64,000 nucleotides of DNA from Paraspadella gotoi (taxonomy: Eukaryota; Animalia; Chaetognatha): the NCBI GenBank assembly GCA_051294375.1, contig JBJCIZ010000810.1, forward strand, positions 80,472-144,471, in the 5' to 3' direction. This document shows, in pieces, positions 1 through 10,661 of this stretch. A model generated the notes under the pieces. The model worked only from the letters and a program-made list of their open reading frames with translations. It did not search any database and was not told the DNA's origin. The stretch's first letter is position 1. The number at the start of each line of letters is the position of its first letter. Position numbers and translations under genes: made by a program.

Positions 1-737
1 CGCATCTTCTGTGGACCCTCAGCAGCAAAGGAACGAGTCCAAGGCTTCGAACCAGGCTTGAGGGTTATACAGGCCCCAAAGGCGGTTTCGGGCTGTCCTC
101 ACGCTTCCTGCCCAGTAGGTACCATTAAGGATTGATCCCGGTACCTAATAGTTATGTGCTGATGATATTACTTAATCATCGCACCGGAGTGCACGAACTG
201 AAGGTGAACGTAATAGGATGCCCCTCAGTCTAACTGATAAGTGAAGAAAAACAAATTAATGAATTTACTGGCACTTTTTTATTCTATATTTGATGAAAAA
301 AATTAAAATTCTTGTTTTAGTATCATATAATCTTTAAGACTTAAATTTTATACTAGTAAAAGATACGACTATATATATGAATGCCAAATCAAGTAGTCAA
401 AGTTATTCCGTATACTAATATGAGTAGAATCAGTATTTAATCTGAATTATTTAAAGACAGAAGGTCTGCAAATTATGTTCATTAACGTCAGACGAAATAA
501 TTTTCAAATACATTATTGAACCAATGTTCAATTAATTAGACATATTTTTATAATACTATTAACCAGCCAGCAGGCTTAAACAAAGTTTAGGTCCAATATA
601 TGTGTTTTATTTCGATTTCGAATTCAACAAGGTTGATTCAGTATATATACTAAAGACAAAACAAAGTTAAAGAGATTACATGAAAACTACCACTATAGAC
701 AATACAAGGTTAACGTTATTGATTTAAATATTAAATA

Positions 738-907
738 TTGATAAAAAGAAATATAACTCTTTTTAAAAAATTCCTTCATTAAGTGGATAAAAAATTAGAA
801 AAAGCTATATTTTAAGCTGAAAATTAATATATTATATATAGTTTTTTTAATTTTTAACTCACTTAATGAAAGAATTTTTAAAAAGGATTTATATTTTCTT
901 ATATCAA
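738..907. repeat. AT-rich foldback (imperfect inverted repeat, about 70-bp arms), MITE-like
   Basis: TTGATAAAAAGAAATATAACTC...TTCATTAAGTG...AAAGCTATAT is mirrored by ATATAGTTTT...CACTTAATGAAAG...TTTATATTTTCTTATATCAA across a short loop. Confidence 0.6.
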
Positions 908-2016
908 CTTTTGACGAGGACTTCAAATCTGCAATCAAAATTAGAAAAAGCTTATTTTGAAATTTTTCGATTTATAAGGATAGTATTATATATAATATAG
1001 CCTATTGTGAAAATTAAAAAACATGAAATTAATTTTTTTTACAACTTAATGTCACTGATAGTATGTTTGTCATAATTGACTTTTAAGATTTCCGTACGTA
1101 ACTTTCACTACATCTATTGTTTAGCTCAACACCAAAGAAAAAAGGTTTTATGCTCAGAAAGTAAAAGTGGCTATTTTGCGTACCATATGGTTGTTTTACT
1201 AATATAGAAGTAATGAACTATAGAAAATTTGTTATTTATTTTTAAATAATGGAGTGACGTATCCTCTGTAATGTTTTGCATATCAATCACTGCGGCTCAA
1301 CATTAAACTTTCCATTTTGTGATTATTAAAATCGGATTTTTGATATCTTCATCCTAATATTGTTACATTTTTTATTTGTGTTGTCAAATGTGGATTGATA
1401 TCTTTGAATTAAATTATAAGTTTAAATCAATCTTTTTTATTTGTCTATTCATGAGATACGAGAGGTGCTAATGACAAAAAGTGCTTAACTGTATCTTTTT
1501 GATTCTGATTGGAGCTATCCTTATCAAAGGATATGATTATAAAAAAAGTTTATTAAATCTAAATAATAACAAATTCGGCCATCAAAGCTGTACAAAGAGT
1601 ATGCACAAAGCACCAACGGTGTCTAATACAAAGATCTAGGATGGGGAATTCGGGAAGCTGGTGAAGACAGCTTTTTTTTATGCACAATATTGGTGGCTGG
1701 GACTATAGTATTATAAATATAATCTACCAGCTTTCCATCGAAGCCCCCTTCCGGCGCTCCTGATGCAGCGGACTCAAACACACGCTGCTTCCATCGTCGT
1801 TTCATGCGTCATTCCTTTTCGTCGTCGCTCTCACCTTAACTGCTTCCTCAATCTCTAAAATTATCGTCGTCGTTTCTGTTTATCCCGATCCTGACCGCTG
1901 AGTCATCCAGCTAGCCAGATTTATTTTCTTGTAAATGTAGCGTAGTTTATGACAAATGTGTAGTTTAATTATTTAAAATTTCGTGTTAGTACTATTTTTA
2001 CTTTTACTATTTTTAT

Positions 2017-2161
2017 TTTTACTTTCGCCGACCGGGGTTAGGGTTAAATGGGCTTAGGGTTAGGGTAATTAGGGAATATTTTTTTAAAATTCGTTTTTAA
2101 AAAATAAATATTTTAAGTGGTTTTCCAAAAGCCGCCAAAACCGCGGTCGGCGAAAGTAAAA
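2017..2161. mobile_element. 145-bp MITE-like element with 18-bp perfect inverted repeats and internal TTAGGG units
   Basis: TTTTACTTTCGCCGACCG (2017-2034) and CGGTCGGCGAAAGTAAAA (2144-2161); several TTAGGG units at 2038-2074. Confidence 0.6.
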
Positions 2162-2903
2162 TTTTACCAAACAATTAAGGTCCAACTTACGATGCTGGCT
2201 GCAGTTTTTTTTTTACGAGTAATAGAAAATAGAAAAAGCTTTGTGTAAGTGTAACATAAAGGTGATCTTGGGTTATTTCTCTGTTGCCACTGTTGCACCT
2301 GGTTTGAAGCGAGAGAAATTTGCTGCTCCGTCATACGGAAAGAGGGATTCGATAACCATATTCGTTCAAAAGGGTTTGTTGAACTTAAAATTCCTGTCCT
2401 TGCAACACACATTTTGATTTATTAGTTGAATTTAAAAAGTTGAGTTTTCCTCTTATTTGTTCTGCGAATTCATTTATCTTAATTCATTTGTAATTAACGT
2501 TATTCGGCTATTTGTTTAAAAAATTAAATTAGGACCCGAACGAGCATTTTTCGCTTACCGGCTTCCTTCGCTCGATCGTTCGCGGCTTAAATAAAAAGAA
2601 CTACGAAGCGAGCGCTAGTTCAAACGTTTAGTGGAACCAAAAAAATTATTTTTCGATCGCGAATCTGTTTTGCGAAGAGGGATGAAAAAACGGCGGGTTT
2701 TTGCCTGCCATTTCTAAACGCCGAGTCCTTTGGATTGGGAGAAGCTCGCGCTACCTCCGAGGCTCCCGGACGAGTTCAGCTTCTCTTCTCTCTCTTTTAA
2801 TATATGTTGCTCTCTCTCTCTCTTTTCTCCGTCGCTGTTGCTTCTGATTCTGATTTGTGACGTTCGTCGTCGTTGTCGTTGGCTCACACTTTTGATTCTT
2901 GCC

Positions 2904-3215
2904 AACTTGCATACTTTTTAAACTTGCATAATCTATTTTAACTTGCATAATTTTTTAACTTGCATAATTTTTTAACTTGCATAATTTTTACTTCTATTTT
3001 ACTTAATTTATGCATATTTTTTTCAATTTGCTAATTTTCTTCAATTTTTTTCAATTGCATAATTTTTCCTTTAAACAGGCATAATTTTTTCAATTTGCAT
3101 TAATTTTTTTAACGTTGCATAATTTTTTCAACTTGCATAATTTTTTTTCAACTTGCCATAATTTTTATACTTGCATAATTTTTTTAACTTACATAATTTT
3201 TTAACTTGCAGTATT
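2904..3215. repeat. Minisatellite, about 17-bp unit AACTTGCATAATTTTTT
   Basis: Direct tandem repetition visible. Confidence 0.9.
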
Positions 3216-3422
3216 TTTTCGACTTTTAACTATCTAGTTATCGAGTTCATTAGTGAGGCAGTGAGGAAGTTGAAATGTGTGTCCATTTCTTTTGTTTTCA
3301 CATCGATTAAATATTTTTTGTTTGAATTTCATTAATTATGATTTACTGCAATATGCAAATTTAATATGGTAATGGTATGCGAGCATCACTATACTTTTAA
3401 GATTTTATAATAATAAGTTTTT

Positions 3423-3788
3423 GGATCGCTGGATTGTGGACTTTCTTGTGATAGAGGCAACCTTTTTACAATTCTGGCTTCAGAAACAAGTAAGAGAATC
3501 TCTTTAAAATTTATTATATATATTCCTGAGGTGTATAAAATGTTTTTGTTCCCTTCGTCCAGGGATTTCTAACTTAGCTTCAGAGAAGATCCTGGATGAC
3601 TCTTGATCGTCGCTGTCTGTCGAGATCACTTTGCCGAGACTTTGTCATCAGCCATCTTGAGCTATTGGACCGGTGCCATCGTCTCTTTTGCGCCATCAAC
3701 CTCGAATTCCTCTACTTATGATAGCGCAGAATTAGTTCAGGAAAGTTAGCGAATCAACGACAGTCACCTCGACTTCAGTTCGTTTACA
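3423..3788. mobile_element. Partial, diverged relative of the solo LTR at 7564-8302
   Basis: Shared blocks GATCGCTGG..TGGACTTT, GGCTTCAGAAACAAGT, GCCGAGACT and GACCGG.GCCATCGTCTCTT.TGCGCCAT in the same order as 7909-8302; ends in TACA. Confidence 0.6.
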
Positions 3789-4874
3789 ATTTTATGCAAT
3801 TAACCATAGTATAAGAAAATGGCAGTTGGTCAAATAAAAAAATAATTTATTTTAGAGGAGTAAAAGAAAAGTTAAAATAAAAGAAAGAAAGGTTACGAGT
3901 TTTAGCGATCTTTTCTGGTCAAAAGCCCGCAAGACCATCTAGTTATCAGTTAACCTATCAAAATCGAAATCGATGACATGACTTTTTTCACTCGATTTTG
4001 AAATTTTTTTTTTCCTGGAGGTCTGAGGCACCGTGCACCCTCCATCGTCTCCGCCCAAAACCTTCTTTTGTTTTTTATTTATTTTTCGTTGTTTTTTTTC
4101 GCTTTTCCCTTTTATTTTCCTTTCATTTTCGTTATTTCTTTTCCTTGCTTTCATCGCGCATGCGCTCGCGGGGATTTTCTCTCCTTACGCTTTCTTTTTT
4201 TTTGTTTATCTCCGCCTCAAAGGAAATAAAATGTGGAAGGGAGCGAAAATGCGCCTTTTATTCTGTCGAAGAATTCAAAATGGAGGTGAGAGCAAAATGT
4301 GTACCTCGTCCCGTCCACTGCCTTCGATTTTTTCGAATCCAGGTTAACTTCGGTTTATTATATACCACAATCCTTACATATTATCCATTATCAGAGACCA
4401 ATATCAGAGTATTATTTCATTGATGAAAAGTCCGTTATAAACTAGATTGTGAGACAGTTTGGATCGAAAGCGAGCAGAGTCCGGCAACGATGTTTGACGT
4501 TAAATAATCAATATATTCATAATATAATACAATATAACTAATTTCAGCTCATTGTAACCGTGATGGTATAAAAGGGGGAGCAAGATGGAAAATTACGCCC
4601 CTGAGTTGGAGACGACCGGGAAATAGGGAGCAAGCAAGCTTGGTCATGGGCAAAGAAGAAGATTTCCTTTGGGGACCAAGCGAGACTTCTGAGCATGACA
4701 CGGTTAGAGAGAGATAGAGAGAGATCAGAGAAAAAGAAAGTGAGTTGGAGAAAGAGAGAGTGAGTGAAAGAGAGAGAGAGAGAGATAATCATATTTTTTT
4801 TCCTTCTTGTTTTCACTTTGCAAAATAAATCATGTTTGGTTTCACCATCTTTCCGATTCCCGCCAGCTAGCCAG

Positions 4875-5002
<128 letters not shown>

Positions 5003-5133
5003 TGATATAGTAGAGATCGTGGTGGTATAATTTTTTATTCAATCTGTTTTCCTTTTATGAAATTAATTACCAGCAACGTTGTCGTCGTCGTATTTCTCCC
5101 TCTTGTATTTTCCGTCCAATTAATTTGCATAAT

Positions 5134-5248
5134 TTTCCTTTTTCCTGCATCGACTTCGTCGTCGTCGTCGACGACGTCGTCGGACTTTCTTTTGAGCTCT
5201 ACCATGCTGCGCAAGACTTCGTCGGCGCCTTTGCCCCCAAGATAAGCA
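5134..5248 (-). CDS. Possible host exon (AYLGGKGADEVLRSMVELKRKSDDVVDDDDEVDAG), unknown product
   Basis: GC-rich, protein-like reading after a (CT)n pyrimidine tract; no canonical AG acceptor or GT donor visible. Confidence 0.25.
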
Positions 5249-5364
5249 AGAGAGAGAGAGAGAGAGGAGAGAGACGTTCTCAATGGAAGACGATCAGTCT
5301 TCTTCGGTCCTCGACGGGACGGCAGAAGTCTCAGGGGAAAGAATACGTTATGACGGCGCCCTTT

Positions 5365-6235
5365 CACAGTGATCCAAATAAAAATTAAAATCGGATAAAA
5401 GCCACTTGAACATACGGGTATAAATACTTATTCAGTCTTTCCATAGGACTGCTACGAAGTTTTAGGTAAGATAACAGTTTCCAAAAATTATTCTTTCTCA
5501 AGTTATAAGCAAATCTCTATTTCGGGTGAGTCTTTGGGAGGTTTTTTTCACCCACATAAGTGGAAGAGAAAAATTATTTGACTTTGTTATGGTATCAGCA
5601 CTTTGTCTCGTTTGTTAACAAATAAAAAAAAGATTTTCTTAATATGTCACTATGTATGATATAAAAAACATAGTAAAAACTCATAGAATTTCAGCCGATT
5701 TCAATCAACCAGATTTAGTTTCTAATGATACATCTTATCACTCATCAGTTATTAATTAAATCTCATCCGCATTCGTCCGCCTTTTTGAGAAATCCAAAAA
5801 TGCTTTTCATTCAAAAGATAACAAAAAAGAATTCGATATTCTTCAAAAATTACCATATGATTATTTTCATTGATCGATTTTCCGATTTTAATTTGCTTAG
5901 CGCACTTTTAAAAAGATTAAATTAAAGATTTTATATTGAGCAAACATACACCTATTACTTATAATATAAATATAAAAAAATACTAAGTTAGGTCAATTTC
6001 TTTTTAATATCAAAATTATAAATCAAAATTCGTTCAACTACCATAAATAATTTCTTTAAGAACCAAATTTGTCGGTTAATGAATTTTTTCTCCATATTTT
6101 TCAAATCAATCTTAAACATTTTAAACTTTTCCAACAACTTCAAAGGGCTTCTATGATAATCAGCATATGAGAAAAGGTTGTTTTTGCCAAAAAAGAGAGG
6201 TTTATCCAGAAATTTAGTCCATTTGGATCACTGTG
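5365..6235. mobile_element. Non-autonomous Transib/RAG-like DNA transposon (871 bp)
   Basis: 15-bp perfect TIR CACAGTGATCCAAAT / ATTTGGATCACTGTG; 5-bp TSD CCTTT at 5360-5364 and 6236-6240; no transposase ORF. Confidence 0.8.
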
Positions 6236-6289
6236 CCTTTGGTGCGTTAGCGCACGTGAGCGCTTTTTGATTCATATTGATTCAATTCC

Positions 6290-7397
6290 TTTTATTATCG
6301 AGCCAGGACAGGCTTCGCCTGGTCCTGGCTCTTAATGTTTTAGGATTGCTTCTTTGTGACGTAGTCGTCGTCGTCGTCGGCGTCACGCTTTTTTATATAA
6401 AAACTACTACGTTTTTGTAGGTTTGGCTGTGACTTACCGTTTTTTTTTAAATAAAAATTATTATGAATTATGATATAGTTTTACAAAAGTGTGCGATCAT
6501 AGTAAGTTAAAAATTAGATATGGCTTTCATCTTGAAATAGCTTTGATATTTTCTCATTACATTTGGATTTAAGTATTTTTTGTTTGAATTTCCACTTTCA
6601 TTATGATTTACTGCAATATGCAATTAAGATTATAGTACTCATTATAATATCCAAATTATATATAGAAATGCTTTAATCTAATTTACATACTGCAGTATAT
6701 AATATTGAAGATAAAATTCAAAAATTTTTTTTAAATCTATAATAAAAAAATGGGAACTCCTTGACCTTTTTAATGAGAAGCTATATCTTAATTTTAATAC
6801 AAATAAAAATAAAATCTTTTACAAGCCATGATTGGAAAAAATTGGAAAAATTTCCAATTGTAAACAATTGTAACATATTTTTGCCTTTCTTTTATTAAAA
6901 AAAAAATTCTTTTTCTGAAAAAACGAGTTCAGGCTCTGCAGTGAGTGTACAGCGGCCTTCCAGCAGCTGTCCAGCTTTGTCTCTTCTCTGTGTCTGTCTC
7001 TGTCTGTCCTCTCTCTGTTCTCTTTCTCTCTCTTTCTCTCTGCACGATCGTTCGTTTTTTGAAAAATTCTGATTATTTTTTCCTTCTAAAAACTTTTATT
7101 ATTCCATTTATTCGCGCTTTTTTTTCAATACAAAATCCCAAATTTATATCTGAATTTTCGTGGATTTTTTTGAGAAAATGTGAAGAATAACTTACTTGAC
7201 CTGGATTTCGTGCCGTTGCAGGGCAACGAGTAACAAGGCAAGGAACATGACCTAAAAAACGCGTTTTGATGGCAACGGAACGTTACGTGTATAAAAGGAT
7301 CAACTTGACCGAGATACGCCTACGTTGCGAGGCAACGAGTAAACAATGTCAAGGAACATGAGCTAATAACGCGTTTTCGCGTTCTCTCTCTCTCTCT

Positions 7398-7445
<48 letters not shown>

Positions 7446-9745
7446 TTTTTTTTTTAATTTTTATTCACTTTTTTTTCACCACCGTCACTAGGCGACGAGT
7501 AAACGAGTTCCGGCTCTCTCTCTCTCTTGCGTAATCGTTGTTTTTTTGAAAAATTATGATTATTGTTACGAAATAACTATCTTTAATATTACGAGGAAAT
7601 CCAGCTTCTCTACTTTTTCTCCCAATGCTCTTTTGTTCTTTATTACTGACATCGAAAATGCCTCCATTCTAGCGATCGCCACGACATCTTTAGGCTCTCT
7701 CTTTTGTTTATACTTAAGTACAGATTTCCGAAGGCAGTGTACAGCTGATTCTGATTGGTGCCCGTGATTTCGATAGATTTCGATTAAGATTCTAATCGAA
7801 TTCTGGCCACGTGGTATCTTCAGATCTCAAAGTTGTCACTGGGTTTTTAGTTCTTTTCAGAGCTTTAGAAACTCTTTATTAGATATCTCGGAAACTTATT
7901 TTTTGTGTGATCGCTGGTTTGGTGGACTTTTCTATGAGAGAAGCATCTCTATTTTTGTTTATTATTGGCTTCAGAAACAAGTCAGAAAGACACTTTAAAC
8001 TTATATATATTTGCTGAGTTTGTACTAAATGTTTTGTTAATTCTTGCCCAGGACTTCTAACTCTTCTCAAGACTCACAACAAGACATTTCGTCAAGTCCT
8101 GGGCTTTGCAGTTCGTCGTCCTTTCGGCCTTAGCCGACGTCGTTCTGCCGAGACTGTCGTCATCATCTCCAGGGCGTCATGACCGGCGCCATCGTCTCTT
8201 CTGCGCCATTTATTCCCGATTTCATCTGGTCTTGAATGCGCAGGATAAGCCTCGTCAGTTAGAATTCAAGGACAGCCACTTCTCCGAACTTAGTTCAATA
8301 CAATTATGTTTTTCCTTCTAAAAACTTTTATTATCGCCATTTATTCGTGGCTTTTTTCTCAATACAAAATCCCAAATTTACATCCGAGATTTTCGTGGAA
8401 ACATTTTTAAAAAAGTGAATAATAACTAATGTGACCTATTATATATGCGGCACTATCGCCGAATAATATAATTGCATGCATCACGTTTTAAAAAAAAAAA
8501 AGGTTTTTATTTATTATTGTAACTTTGGACCGGTTGGCCCACTATTGGCAAATTATATCTAAAATAGGAGTTGAGAAGAGAGATATAGTCAAATTAAACA
8601 TTACTTTTTTTGTTATTCTGATAATTTGTACTATTATTAAATTTATAAATATTTTTAGTGTATATATTTAATCATTTTTATCTTTTTTTTAAATAAGAAT
8701 TATTTGAGTTGTGATAACTATTTATAAATTAGTTAAATATGCAAATATAAAATTTGACCTCGGTCTGGTTTCTTCCTAAAAAAAGAACAATCTAAAATTT
8801 AATTCAAGAGGAGGGAGAGGAATTTGTATCACCTGCAGCAAAGCAGGCCAGAACAGGCATTTGCCCGCCTCGCCGTCAGGCGAGAGGAGGGACTTCGGCA
8901 GGCTTATCAGGCCAGAGGGATATCAGAGTGGCATTGGGCATTTTTCCAGGAGGCTCGTTACCAGATCCTGGACAATATCGATCCATGACGATACCCTCTC
9001 AGCCCATGACAAGTCAATGACCCGATCATATCATCAACGTCCTGCTTTTGCCAGGCCGGGGGGGGCCAGCTCATTTTGAGCTCTTTCTTTATCTTTATTA
9101 TCTCTAATTCTACAACTTAGCTATCCCTAACCACACATTCTTCTTTTCTCTTTCTCTTTATTTCAATCTTAATTAACAAACTAGTTAAAAAAATATTTTC
9201 AGTTAAATCTACTAGTTTAAGTATTAAGTCTATTTATTTATTGTTATTGAATTATTTATTCCTTTATCTTTGTTGTATATTACAAAAATATAAATATTTT
9301 CTCTCTCTCTGTCTCTTCAAATTTTCACTATTCACATTTCAACCACTTTCCTCTTCTTCTCTCTCCTTACCTTCACCTGTCCTCAATCTGACCACTGTCC
9401 TTATCTCAACCTTTGTTGGAAGCTTTATCTCTCTCTCTCTTTTCTAATCATTTTGATTCATTTAAATTTATTTTGATTTATTTTGATTCATATCATTATT
9501 AATTCAATTCCATTCATTTAAATTTCTTTAAATTCATTTTTATTCTTATTTTCTCTCCGACCTTTGATATCTTTTCTTTTCATGTTGATGTTCTGTTTTC
9601 ATTTTGAATTTGGGTTAAAGATTTGGTCTAAGGAGATAAGGTTAGCTCGATCCTCATCCTCCTCTTCCCATCCCTCTCCCGAGGAGCCGTCCCTTTTTTA
9701 GTCCAGTCTTCGCGAGTCTCGAGTTCTACTAACTTCCTTTTTTTC
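6290..9745 (+). mobile_element. DINE-1/Helentron-like non-autonomous element (family A) with nested insertions; right boundary uncertain
   Basis: T-run, then hairpin GAGCCAGGACAGGC-TTC-GCCTGGTCCTGGCTC (6300-6331), then (GTC)n; body 6330-7170 similar to 23196-24250; GCTCGATCCT near 9645 is complementary to the 5' ATCGAGC. Confidence 0.5.
7564..8302. mobile_element. Solo LTR (739 bp) inserted into the family A element
   Basis: TGT...ACA ends; 5-bp TSD ATTAT (7559-7563 and 8303-8307); host repeat resumes on the far side; TATA-like and AATAAA-like motifs on the minus strand. Confidence 0.75.
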
Positions 9746-10164
9746 TAATACTATTCCGGCCAAGTACTTTTCCTCAATAAACATTATCAATTATTATTAA
9801 TTATCAATTATTAACAATTTTGATGCTCGAACCATTTAGCCACGAATATACCCCCAGGATGTGCTCCTCCGACTGATTTAGAAAACCGGAGAAACAAAAA
9901 ATAAAAAGACCGAAATGAAGAAAAAAAAGAAAAACAATCTGAAAGCTTTTTTTCAATTTTTTTTAAAAAAAATTAAAAGTAAAAAAAAAACCAAAACAAA
10001 AACGACTTTAAATTTGGATTAAATTTTAATTATTTCGCCTTCGTTTTCCCAACCCAACTTTTTTTGTGCATTCGACAAAAAAATACGTTTTTCTTCCAAT
10101 CTTTTTCCTCGTCGAATTCAATCTTGATCAGCACCCGACTTCCGCCATGGCGAAAAATCTCCCA

Positions 10165-10636
10165 TTTTTAATCGATCTGCTTTCAGCAGATCCCGACTCT
10201 ATAATTCACTTTGTCGGTCCGTCGGTCCACCCCTCATATTGTCGGCATTCATCATATCATGGGCATACATCTAGATTTATAAATTAAAAGACTCCCGTTC
10301 ATCGTCCTCGTCTCGTCCATCTCTGTCCGGTGCCGTCCGTCCCGTCCGTTGCGCTCGTCCGTCCGTCTCCTTCCTCTCCGTCCGTTCCGTCCGTCCTCCT
10401 CACCTTATCAAAAGATACCCCATGTACTAGTGATTGATTGATGGATGTTGGTAAGTTGAAATTTGTTGTTGGTTGTTAGGGAAGTGTGTGATTGAGCTGT
10501 TATATGAAGTTTTGGAATTCGGTCGAAAATAGTTAAATGACAAAATATAATATATTTTCACTATTGAACACCAATTACTCATGGTGTAGGCCGATTGACT
10601 TGAAATTTGATTGAGTGAAAAGTCTATTATCCTTGT
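10165..10636 (+). mobile_element. HINE-like element(s), cut by a gap; noisy duplicate at about 19077-19633
   Basis: T-run + hairpin GATCTGCT-TTC-AGCAGATC + CTCTATAATTCACT + (GTCC/GTCG)n + core TGGATGGA..GAAATTT.GT. Confidence 0.55.
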
Positions 10637-10661
10637 NNNNNNNNNNNNNNNNNNNNNNNNN

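Noticed and set aside
60-110. Hammerhead ribozyme on the minus strand (GTGAGGA..GAAAC)
   Set aside because: Core starts with G rather than C and there is no stem III ending in a UH cleavage site
2038-2074. True telomere or fusion site
   Set aside because: Only a few interrupted units, enclosed by inverted repeats
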